Assembly: GCF_000485595.1 (NCBI RefSeq)
Contig: NW_014577077.1
Span: forward strand, 530,999-594,998
DNA: 64,000 bases
Source of the DNA: Priapulus caudatus
Lineage: Eukaryota
Reading direction: 5' to 3'
Both the position numbers and the translations under genes were made by a program. Each line of letters starts with the position of its first letter. Within the stretch, counting starts at the first letter, position 1. Below the pieces are notes generated by a model. That model saw only the letters and a program-made list of their open reading frames with translations, did no database searches and was not told the origin of the DNA. Positions 41,351 to 53,228 of the stretch are shown piece after piece.

Positions 41351-41996
41351 TGCGTGCGCGTGCGCGCGGATATGAATTCTCGTTGTACGTGTGTATGTGC
41401 GTTTGTAGACTCTAGTGTGTGTGGGACAAACCTGCTACATATAACCAGCAGTTATTAGTACTTATTTTATCAACAGTGTTACAGTTGGACAAACAAGACT
41501 GTAGGTCCACCATTATATTGCATCTCCACCCAACCTTGTGCTCACTTTTACAACACCTTCGGTATTTGGAATTCCCGTGCTCGTTTATGTGTACGAGGCA
41601 CATCCACACGCAGCAACCAACACACGCACAGTTTCGCCAGCAGGTACCATAATTACGGGCACATCTACGCAAACACACGCACGCATGCACGCACGCACGC
41701 ACGCACGCACACACGCTCGCACACACACACCTAACGTACACCACACATAATATGTAATACCATTCCAGTTAGTAATCGCACAAAGCAATAACGGAAAAGG
41801 GAGAAGTTGAAGATACGAATTTAAACACAGTGCAACAAAGAAAGATCCCTCTACAAGAGCTGAGATGGAGAGAAGATAGCACAAGAAAAAGATAGAAGGA
41901 GAGAACAATGACAACGAAGGAAAATTAGAAACGGAAGCAAAATTACACACATCCTCACTCCCTTGAGATTATCGACTAACAGTAACGATTCTTTAC

Positions 41997-42139
41997 ATTT
42001 CTGCCGGCAGAACGTCCCATTTTGTGAACAGCAGGGATGGCAGGACTTCAACGTGGAGGGAAACAGAACACTCCCTGTAGTACTGCCCGACCATGCCCGC
42101 TCCACCTGTGTACTCGAATTTGAGGATAGCCTCCACCGT
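41997..42139 (-). CDS. TRAPPC9: TRAPPC9 homologue, internal exon
   Basis: TVEAILKFEYTGGAGMVGQYYRECSVSLHVEVLPSLLFTKWDVLPAE, resembling human [39 protein letters not shown]..LPA as recalled; TTTGCAG acceptor, GTAAAG donor; phase 0-2. Confidence 0.92.
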
Positions 42140-45100
42140 CTGCAAATAAAGATAAACGTAGAGGCATTACTAATGTAGTATATGCACGTCTTAGGATTCT
42201 ACTTTGTTTGTAGAAAAGCACACGTTTAAGTGTATTATATATACTTATCGATTTGTTTTACTTTACAACGTGCTTGATATGTAGAGTACAGTAATTTAGA
42301 ATTAGATCAAAAGATACAACTCCTGATTTCCAAAACGGGATTATGGACCGACACAAATTTATTACAGAAAATTATTAGAAGCTTTGCCTTAATAACTTCA
42401 CATATAATTATATTACCTAACATGATTATAATATATTATTAGTAAAGTCACCAACATACACGAACGTTACAACGTAATGCAGAAAGTGCATAACGATGCA
42501 ATCGTAAACATGTAACTATAGTTTCCATATTATACTTGATTACAGAAAACACACATACAATGTCTAATGTTAATTTCGAGTTTTCATGTTCATGTTCACC
42601 TACATGTTAGATGATAAAATACAAGTTTCGAACAAAACTGTATAAACCATCCACATTACATAATGCAGCCAATAAATAAAAAATATATATATGTATTATC
42701 TGCGTGCGCGGATGCGTGCGTGCGTGCGTGCGCGCGTGTAAGAACCTCGGAATCTGCATAACGTACAGAAACTGACAAAATATATTTGCGGTGTCATATA
42801 ATTGCACCGACTATAGTCCATGTTCCCCCAAGCGTTTATAATTGGATATAGCTACATAAATCATACATAAAGCCATTCGCCATGCGAGGAGAGGCGCGTG
42901 TGACAGATTCCCTCATTAAAAAGGGAAGGAATTGCTATATTTTCTCTTCATCACAAGCGATTGCTTAATAGCTAGCCTCCCCGCCTATTGAATGAAGAAC
43001 TTCAATATTGTCTGCAGTTAGCATGATATTTTATCACCCCCATTTTTCTGCAGAAGATTAAATTCATTATGTCTGACACATCGTAAAAATCTGCAGGCAT
43101 CTCCTAATACCCGTGGAGACATCCCGACTCAGCTAATTATAATATATGGGCTAAAATGCCCATCTGCATGTAACCAACATAAAAATTCGTCGACACTTAA
43201 ATCAATGTAAATCTGTAATATCTTCCCCTTGAAATCATTGGCTGGTGCAGAAATGTGTAGAGCGTACTCACACACTCACTGAATCGGTCTTCTAAGCACC
43301 AACTCTCTGTCAATACTAGTAATTCCATTCCATCATCATAATGTAGAGAGTGGAAAGTCCACAACTACGAGCGGTAATACGAAATGAATGGTATCCAGGA
43401 ATTATCAAATAAGGCCTGGCTGCTTGTTACCTTGCTGTAGGAAATGTGTTGCCTTTGTTGTACTCGCTGGTGTGGACCTTTTCAATTGTAGTCATCAAGC
43501 TTAATATAGGTGGCGCGCGTGTTTTAGGAGCCATACTCCAGTACTACAGCGGTCATTATTACCAAATAAAAAAACTATACTAATTTCTCCCTTGAAGAGG
43601 GAGGAAGAATCACGTAGAGATAAAGCACATCATCAAGCGTCGAAGAATCTGATTTTACATCTGCTTGCTGAAAGGTATAACAGAGTAACATCGTTTTTTG
43701 ACGCTAAACTAATTTTGAGCTGTACTCGGTGAGCGTGAAATCAAGCTTTTGTTTGACCACTTCCGGATGCTTTTCCATGGTCCTTTGACGATGTCACGTA
43801 ACAAGGGTGCAAGAAAATCCAACGACCCCTTTTGTGGAAATGAAATGTCAACGATAGTTAAAAGTTCAGACCGGTCAAGCAAGGTCAAACACCAAGCTTT
43901 GGCTGTGATTAGTAGTAGTTACAAGCTGAGATTGGTCACGCTTTCCCAGTGTAATCTTCAAGCTTTCGACTGCTTAGTTACACTAAAAACTGGCTGACAG
44001 GCTATAGAAATAAATCGCAGATCTTTCCTTTAAGTGTAGAGTGAGGCTTTTCTAATAGGTTTTGTGAGTATCACCCTCCCAACCAGCAACAGGCACAAGA
44101 CTGGAGTTTGCCCTCTCTCCTGGCATCGAGATGCATGCAGTTATAGTTGCACACCAAACACGCAGTTTTACTGTACTCACACGTACAACCGAACTTAACA
44201 CGCTCTCTATCCGCTATCTCTGATTTCGACAACATACTAGGTAAAAATCAATAATTTACAACAACTTTTGCGCTTGAATGAGACAAGGAAAACATCCAAT
44301 TTGTGCAACTTCGCTTCATTAAGATAGTAAAATTTTAACCAAGGTCACTGAACACAACTACCTCCTAAACCCCCTTAGACTCAGTTCGTTAATTATACAT
44401 GAAATCAAAACCGCAATACTTATGGGTTTTTTTTCGTGAAAGTTGAGCAAATGTTCGTACGCCTCCTTGCTTCTCATGCATTAACAATGAATGCATTTGT
44501 GAGGTCCTGTTACATATGCTAACAGTAAATCCCAGGTTGCTACTAGAGTACCCCCAAACGAACACACAGTTGCAATTCTGCACCCAACTCACGCAGACAC
44601 AGGCACGTGCACAGGGTATATAAAAGCGCGCGTACACAGGCACAGACATACACACCCACAGACACAGACATACACACCCACAGACACAGACACACTCACG
44701 CTAGCATGCACGCACAAACGCACGCACAAACGCGAAAATTGGTACAATGTGAAATCACTTTCGTTAGTACACAGTGTTGTAAGTCTCTATTAAATAATAA
44801 ATATGGGATGTACTTTTTCACTTTGATAATGGTTAATAAATATAGGTATGGCTAATGAGGTCTGATTTCAGTTATGGTATAATTAACTGATTAATTGGGT
44901 GCTTATTAGGAGCACCGCTACATGTTGTTACTGGCTCATGTTTAGCATAGTTTTGAGTATGATTGTACTAATTATAATCAACACAACCTCGTTGATAAGC
45001 AAAATTTCTGTTAGCCCGTTAACGTCGGCAATATCAATTTATTGAGATTCATTCACTCTTCATTTATGGAGTGAATTAGAATTTGTACGTTGTGAACACT

Positions 45101-45183
45101 GCCTTGAATAAAAATGTTGAATTGCCATCGGACACAAATACAAAAACACTGTCCCATAGTACTTACTACACGATGCACGCACA

Positions 45184-45222
<39 letters not shown>

Positions 45223-46021
45223 CCGCACGCGCACACACAAAACATTACTAACTGTTGCTAAGGCACAATGGGCATTTTTATATACATATAGGGAGAGCTA
45301 GATGCATTACGCGACAGCGACGATGAAACACCAGCAAATGTGATTGGGAGAAATGATCAAATTTGTCCATTTTTCATTTTTTTATTATCCAATGGCCAAT
45401 TTATGTAAAATTTTGTTAGCTGCCTCAGAACTCAACGTCTCACCTCTACTGAACTTGTCATGCTTCACATTTCAAAAATTCCTATTAAATCAAATTCATC
45501 ATAACGTGAAATATTTAATTTATGTGGAATACACACACAAATACACAAATATTCTCCTTGTAGTATAGTTAAGCAACTGGTGGAAAATATAACATGAGAT
45601 TCCCTGCTTACAAGCTTTCGCAGGACTAACCTCTCTACGCCCCACCAATCAAATTGGCTTCGTTCTTACTGATTTTCTTTTGCTAGTATTTTTTGCCGTC
45701 TCCGGAAATTATGACCTTACCAGAATAAAAGGTACAGTGACACGAACATACACATTTCGACCTTTCTTTTTGTAGTATAATTAAGAGTGCACAAGGAAAA
45801 AATACTGAATGATCAAATATATGTTTAACTTTAATTAGTACAGGTATCAACTTCTGCTGTTCAATATTAATGATAAATAACTAAAACCCTATTTTTAAAA
45901 CTGGTTTTCACTAAGACCGATGAATTCTATGACGAGACAATAATAGTCAATAATAGACGAGTCTATAGCGACTATAAGTGAGATCGGGAAGTCCAGCTGT
46001 GCTATGTAGGTCACAGAATAA

Positions 46022-46200
46022 TACCCCCGTCAGACCGGGGTGGCGTCCTTACTGCGCTGCTACGGCGACGGAAAATGGGCCCATGCAGAGCGCGCCAAGG
46101 TCGCCATAAGCGTGGTATAAGCGTGGTGGAAACGCCAGACATCGTGGTGTGGTCGCCATGGTCGCCATGGTCGCCAATGATCGCCGAGTCACGGCGTTTG
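46022..46200 (+). mobile_element. Harbinger-type MITE left-end fragment
   Basis: TAA|TACCCCCGTCAGAC terminus; nearly identical in inverted orientation to 48860-49024. Confidence 0.8.
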
Positions 46201-46415
46201 TTTTGGGTGTTGCTATCCCCCGGGCGTGGAGGGAGGTCACGTGATAACGTTGACGATGACGTTCAAAACGTTAACCCTAACGTTAACCCTCACTCCAACA
46301 CCGCCAACACTAACCTTCACACTAAATATATATAATATGTGTCGCCGCGCTATATATAGGCAGTGTTATCCACAAAAATTAATCTATGGTGTGGGGACAG
46401 ATATCATGATGCAAA

Positions 46416-46527
46416 AACCCTAACCCTAACCCTAATCCTAACCCTAACCCTAACCCTAATCCTAACCCTAACCCTAATCCTAACCCTAACCCTAACCCTA
46501 ACCCTAACCTTAACCCTAATCCTGACC
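46416..46527. repeat. Interstitial telomere-like (TAACCC)n ending at a 10-N gap
   Basis: ~18 units with TAATCC variants; preceded by ATGATGCAAAAACCC, the reverse complement of the motif inside the 2926-3342 element. Confidence 0.92.
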
Positions 46528-46728
46528 NNNNNNNNNNCATCATCATCATCATCATCATCATCTGATGATGATGATACGTGGTTGTCATCCTTAGAAATGT
46601 CAGACTCGTCGTCGACATCTTCGACGTCGGGAGACAGAAAATAATTTTCAATTAATGTATCCCAAACGTCAGCGGCAGCGGCACCATTTAAATTAAAGTC
46701 GGCTAGCTCGTTCAACGCAGTTGCAACC

Positions 46729-49082
46729 CAGGGCGGATCCAGCTTTTTGAAAAAGGGGGGGTCAAATTTTTTGGTCCTGTTAAAATTTCATTGACATTAA
46801 ATGCACAATAACAAAAAACAAAGTAATAAAAAATAAACATATAACAATTGGTATTTATTATGAGTAAAACTCAAACAACAAACCCTTTGCCGGGAACAAT
46901 AGGAATAAGCAGCCTCATGTCTGCATTTGCAGTTTTAGTGATTGAATAAGCAGGCAGGGAGGCACTAGTGTTATGTGTGAATCGCCCGATTCGGTAGCTT
47001 TATGTGCAGGGTAACGGCTAGAATTCAAATATAGTAAGGGAGTGGGGGGAGTCGGGTAGCGGACGTGGTCGTGAGCACACGGGCGCGCGTGCGTGTTTGT
47101 ATAATTTTTTGTATAAACATGTTTGGAACATTTTGAAAAAATGGATGCTCTCTGGTACATATTCTATAACAATCTGAGCATTAATTTAGCTCATGTTGAG
47201 TTTAATATATAAAATAATAAAAATTCTCAATGAGTTTACACTAATTTCAAAAATTACCTTAGGAGCAAAATATAGTCTGAAACCTGCCAATTTGATGAAA
47301 ATTCTCATCTATATGCTCATAACTCGGTCATGACGAATTTGTTGACAGTGGGACACTGAGGATACTAAGTACTACAACAAATTTCAGTCAATAAACATTT
47401 CGGCATTTGTAACATTAGAAGCTAAACAAAATGATTGTTATCCATATGACGCGGTTTAACACTGCTAACGGTTTAACACTGCTGATTTCAACCAGGGTGA
47501 CATTGATAGTGGAGTACGTAGTTAAAATTCAGTTATGGGTGACGAAATTTCAGGCAGTGACACTGATGGCAGCTTACTGGTAGAGTATGCAACTGGAAAA
47601 CATCTTCCGTTTGTTCCGTTCTATAAACATTTGGCAGATTTGTTCATAGTCAATATACATGTTGTGGGCACCCTCACCAAACTTGTCTGAGTGTCTGGAG
47701 CATGCTGACATCGACATTTTCCCAAACATCCGCACCCTGTTGAGGGTGCGATGGGTTGGGATGATCGACTGTGTGGTCTCACAGTGATGAACATGAAGAA
47801 ACTTCGCAATCCCCTTGTGTGACCACCTGTCCACGGAGTTCCAAACTTGGTTCAACCCCGAAAGCAGAAAAGGTGTTAATATTCTTGCTCTACTTCCCGC
47901 TGCCATCACAAAGACCGAAAATAGTCAACCTATCGTGGAAGGTTTAATGTACTGGGAGGAGGATATGCCAAATGTTTCCTCACTGCGATCCGAGGTGAAG
48001 GAGTGTCAACGCTACTGGAGAGGCAGGGAGGCAGTCCAGTCTTTTGAAGAGCCTTGAGTCATTCCAAACCATCATCGCCTTTATTGTCACCAAAAATGTT
48101 CGTGAGAATGTCCGCCCAATAGCCTCCAAGCTGCAGAAACGGGATCTGGACATCTATCAGGCATATGGTATGGTAGACAAGACATGTGAGCGGAACACTG
48201 TTATGAGACAGGAAATAGATATTGAGTATGGGCTGTGGTATGAAGATGCTACACGCTTAGCCACATCTCTAGATACATCCATTTCAGTGCCAAGGGCACA
48301 AAAGTCAACCCGACAGATTTATAGGGCCAATGGTCTCAGTGAATCTCCGAAAGAGTACTACCTCACTAAAACGACAACGTTTTCTGGAAAGAATCATAGG
48401 GCAGTTGGCGCCAGATGTCAAGATTTTGCATTGTGCAAGACCAGATGGGTAGAGAGGCACACATGCTATGACGTATTTTACGACATGTATGAGCTCATCT
48501 GTGAGTGCTTTGCAGCTATACTGGACCCAGCCAGTCATCCAGAAATCTATGAGAACAATTGGGCAGGCAGTTGGGACCAGAAGACCAGGACAAAAGCGCA
48601 AGGACTGTCGAGGCCGTGGCCGTGGCCGAGACAGATCGGCATGAAACAGATCGGCAGATTGGATGAGACAGATCCATGAATTCGCCGTTGAAAATGTTAC
48701 CATTTTCGCAGCGTCTTTGCCACGCGTGTACTGTGCGTGTACTACGTTTATGGAGATGTTACGACGCTTGTCTCACTATCTTCGCGACCCCAACGCGTTC
48801 TCACCGCGTTCCAGGTCAGATCGCCGAACCTTGGCGTTTGTTTTGAACATGCTCAAAACAAACGCCGTGACTCGGCGATCATTGGCGACCATGGCGACCA
48901 CACCACGATGTCTGGCGTTTCCACCACGATTATACCACGCTTATGGCGACCTTGGCGCGCTCTGGGCCCATTTTCAGTCGCCGTAGCAGCGCAGTAAGGA
49001 CGCCACCCCGGTGTGACGGGGGTTAATATCCGGAACATGATTGACACGCTGAATGCTGTGTTCCTGTTCTTTGACCTGTCTC
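46729..49082. pseudogene. Rearranged hAT (Tip100/PRKRIR-THAP12-like) transposase remnant with probable 3' terminus
   Basis: CAGGGCGGATCCAG hAT-like end at 46729; motifs IRNM..FFDLS, KRQRFLE, LCKTRWVERH, PIASKLQ..D, PR..RQ.YRAN..EYY, IPLCDHL, FPNIRTLL, DRLCGL, H..IDYEQICQMF..RKM* present in scrambled order and orientation. Confidence 0.85.
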
Positions 49083-49532
49083 CTCTGGTAGCTTGTTTCT
49101 TCGGCATCGGGTTTCTACTCAGCAAACGCACAACTATACAGTTAAAATTTCCGAAAATCTGACCAGCTTATATAGTCGCCGTGAGAACGTGGTAGAAACG
49201 CCGTGAGGTCGCCGTGCAGTCGCGATACACGTAGAAGACGCGTGGTAAGTACCCCATGAGCGTGGTGAGAGCGCCGCGGGAACGCCGGTGATTGCCGTTG
49301 CCAAGCCCATAGATCTCAATAGAAACGCCATAAGCGCGGAGAGGTCGTGGCGGGCGCGCCGTAAGAAACGCGGTATGATCGCACAGGTCGCGATAAGAGC
49401 GCAGTTTTTTTCAAGTTTGTAATTTGTTGGGACGTACTTTATCTAGCGTTGTGATCAGGTTTGCCGGCGACCTTGTACATTTTCTGGTCGCCGTATGGTC
49501 GCGGATGGTCGTCGTCCAGTCTGACGGGGGTA
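48665..49532. mobile_element. Harbinger-type MITE whose left part (48665-49024) is inverted relative to its right part (49075-49532)
   Basis: Two termini pointing right: GTGTGACGGGGGTT (49024) and GTCTGACGGGGGTA|TAA (49532); internal palindrome GGCGTTTGTTTTGAACATGCTCAAAACAAACGCC. Confidence 0.75.
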
Positions 49533-50858
49533 TAAGAGGGTATAAAATGGCCGAAGCGCGCTTAAGTACATGATTAATCTAAACACTCGTGCGTTTTTAG
49601 TTTTTGCATTAACACAAACATTGCAAAATATCACAAACGACCACAATCATATTTGTAAATGTTTATGTAAACAGAAACGCACCTGTGAATTGAAGTACGA
49701 TGTTAGTGAAGAAAATTATAGATCAAAAACTTAGAATAGTCCTATCCTACCCATGTTATAAAAGGGCTGTTTATAAATTATATACCACTTCTTATCTGAT
49801 CTCAATATGGCGGCGGGGACTTTCCGATATGGCTTATAATAGGCGTTATTCTATTCAAGTTTATTTTAGCACATTTAATACCGGATAATTATAATTTTCA
49901 GTCATCGAAATTGATTGCAATATGTAGGCATTCATAGATAGCTAGCTATTTATGGAAAGCTTAACTTAAATTAGACATTAATTATGCTACAAATTAATGG
50001 ATTTACAGTTAAATATACGTCATTCCATCGCCTAAGTTACTAACTAATGTAGGCTGGTCCAATAGTACCAGTCTATAACACGTGAAACAAAACGCGAATA
50101 GTGTAAATTGTGTCGTGACTAATAATAATATATAAATATAATAATAATAATATAAGTTAAGCGGCATAATTAAGCAATGGCGCCAGCCATTAATATTAGT
50201 GAATACACATGGGCATTTTCAATCTAGTTTTTATTAGTTTCTAATTAAAGTTGACCGAAATTAGTAACATAGCCTAATCAAAAACCCGACATGACTGAAA
50301 AAATGCCTGAAATCTATGTCAGTGCTCTCCTTTAACTAAGCAGATATATATATAATGACGAGGCGGTATTTTTGCTTCCCTACTCTGGTGTGAACTATAC
50401 CTGTAACAGCAGGTGTGAACGCTGAAAGTTGAAGGTTTCCTGCTGCATTACTCCTTATTCATAGAAAGATTTATAGACTAGTGTATAACCCACAAACATA
50501 TCGTGTCTCCATGGAACCTTCATTAAATAGTTAGCAGAAATTCCTCACAAAATGAATATGATGCGATGACATAATATTATGATGCGATAATGAGAACTGT
50601 ATATGATTTCGTGAATATAGATGTTAAAAGTGTACTGAGTGTAACTCAAATTTCTACAGAGTTTAGAACATTTTCCAAACGTCTGGTTTACAGATTTTTA
50701 GAAAGGGTCTCCTTAGAGACGGGAACCATCTTAATTCTCGCTCTCACATTCTCGCCTTCTCTCTCTCACGCACACGTACACGCGCACGCACGCACGCACG
50801 CACACACGCGCGCGTGCACACACGCTATATCTCTCACGTTATTTCTCTTTGTTCTTAC

Positions 50859-50935
50859 CTTAGTAGGATACGTGTCACAAGGGCCACAAAAACTGACCGA
50901 ACTATTCTTTCTGGATAGGTCTCCCCTGCTGGCAT
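50859..50935 (-). CDS. TRAPPC9: Probable TRAPPC9 exon in a poorly conserved linker
   Basis: Strong sites TTTCTTTCTTATGCAG / AAG|GTAAGA; (D)ASRGDLSRKNSSVSFCGPCDTYPTK ends in phase 0 with K, fitting K|TVEA; little recognisable homology. Confidence 0.55.
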
Positions 50936-53061
50936 CTGCATAAGAAAGAAACATTCGTTCTTGACGGCAGTCTTGTAATGTAGATGTCAACGTAGCAGGT
51001 TTTGTTTGCGATACAGTCTGTCTCGAGAAGAGACTTCTCAGAGGCATTTCACACGTGGTGATGCAGAGTCACGGGTGGTTATATAGATAGATATATGCAG
51101 GCAGGAGCGTATACATGCATACACGTATGTGCTGCTCAATGTGAGCAAATTAGGCTTTAAGCAGACATTGGACAGTTTGTAATCAAATTCCCTTCAACGT
51201 AGCAACAGCTTTTGGTGACATTGTATTGGCAAGCGCAGACATGCAGTGTTAAAGATTTATGAGCTGCTCCAATATTCTGCTGGATTACACGTGGAATTGT
51301 GTTTGGTTTGCCAGAAATTGTCACATAAACGTGTTTACTAGCTGCGTTCAAAGAGCCTTATAATGCGGCGCATGCAAACCTCAAACAAATCGTTTACGGG
51401 TCACATGGCACACGCAGGCACGCGCATACACATGCGCACGCACGCACGCGCGTACGTACGTATACGGAGGCACTGTGAAGTATTACGACAAATTTCACGT
51501 AAAAATATTTACATTCCAAACTACAAAACTGAGAAATCTAAATGGTCACCCCAAATGATTGTAGAAATGGCAAACAACATTAATTCTGGCAGACCACTAG
51601 CATGAAATTGTTTGAGTGCGTTCATCCTAACGCCCGCATTTTTTTGACAACCGATGTAAGAAAGGTATCACAATAGTAAACACGTTGTCAACTTCCCTGC
51701 TCGTACACGCAGGTGTTTATAGATAAATGATTACATTCACATTTCATTCCTTCACTCAAACTGCATAACAAAGCTGCCAGAACATAATCAGATCTTATAT
51801 TTTATCAAAACGAACGATAAAACGCATTTAAAAATTCATTACTTGTGTAAAAACGAAAATGTTTTCCAAACTTTAATAATTCAGTATTTTGCACGGTCGT
51901 ACCATTCATTGTGATAAAATTGAATCCAGGAGCGAAGAAATTGACAGCAGCTCAGCTGAGATGCGTTATAAGAAGCGGATAATTAGAGATACACGCGGCA
52001 GTACTTAACCGCGCTAAACCCGTTCCAGGGCCCTGGCGTGGTAGCCTGACAACTAGATACGGTTACGCAAGTGCTTTCGTCTCTGCTGGGGATGACTAAC
52101 GATCTACTGGATCCCCGATCCTCGACGCTTCAACTGCTTTCTACGTGGTTTACATTTAAAAAGCGTCCAACCTTTTCTTACGGCCGCCACTGAAAATGAA
52201 ATGGTCTCCTATCCAAAGATGTCATTCCCGTGGGGACGCGTTACTATTGTTCACACCAATTTGAAGCCGTAAATTCTCAGTTAATGCCTATCCTAGTAGT
52301 GATAAATTCAGAACTCTAGGACATCTCTCATCAGATGATTCCCAAGATAGAAGACGGAGATTCAGTTACGAGGGAGAGATCACCAGTAATAAATCAAGAC
52401 GACCACCCGCCTGTTGAAAGAAGACAGTCTCCTGTTAAATCCGCAGTTAAACGAACAAAAAAAATACACCCAACCTTGTCGTGGAAAAGAATCAAGGCAA
52501 TGTAGTGTTATGGTTAGGGTTAGGGTAAATACCCAGAATATGAGACCTACCACTTCAACCTGATTCCCGTGTTCTGCAAAAATATTTAAGACAGACTGCC
52601 GCAGTAAAAGCAAAAATAATCATCTGTGGTAAACGAAACGAACGGCACATCGCACGAGATCGAATCATTGAAATTGATTGAAGCAGATTCATTCAGCGGA
52701 GCAGCACGCATGCATTATTAATATCATGAAACTATTATAATATATGCACAACGATTAAAAATAACGGTTCATGAAACGAACACTTTGTAACATTATAATC
52801 CTATGAGAGCGGCTTGCTATTGTTTGGGCAAGGTTAGGAAACCGTACGGCGTGGCTCTGCATATATAATAGGTATCGGTGCAAGAGTAGCGTGATAACTC
52901 ATAGACACTATAGTCGGTCCACACATGAAGAGAACCCCTCGGCGACACAGAGTGAAACATTTATATGTAGACTAAGACTAAAACAATCACAGTTATAAAG
53001 TAAAACACGGAAGAAATCTCACAACAATTAAGCTACATTGCTTGAATGAATTCATTGTGAT

Positions 53062-53081
53062 GTCTGTCTGTCCGTCTGCCA

Positions 53082-53143
<62 letters not shown>

Positions 53144-53228
53144 CTGTCTGTATGTCCGTCCGTCCGTCCATCTGTCTGTCCGTCCGTCCGTCCATCTGCC
53201 CGGCCGCCTGCCCGTCTGCCATCCATCC
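53062..53228. repeat. (GTCT/GTCC)n tetranucleotide repeat
   Basis: Directly visible. Confidence 0.95.

Noticed and set aside
46416..46537. True chromosome end or fusion site
   Set aside because: Short, single orientation, inside a gene intron and attached to a MITE-associated motif; true length is unknown because of the gap.
46538..46715. Acidic minus-strand peptide (..LIENYFLSPDVED..)
   Set aside because: Possibly a transposase N-terminal fragment, but too short, low-complexity and cut by a gap.
48044..48679. 211-aa ORF as a functional gene
   Set aside because: Chance in-frame fusion of two out-of-order hAT blocks plus filler.
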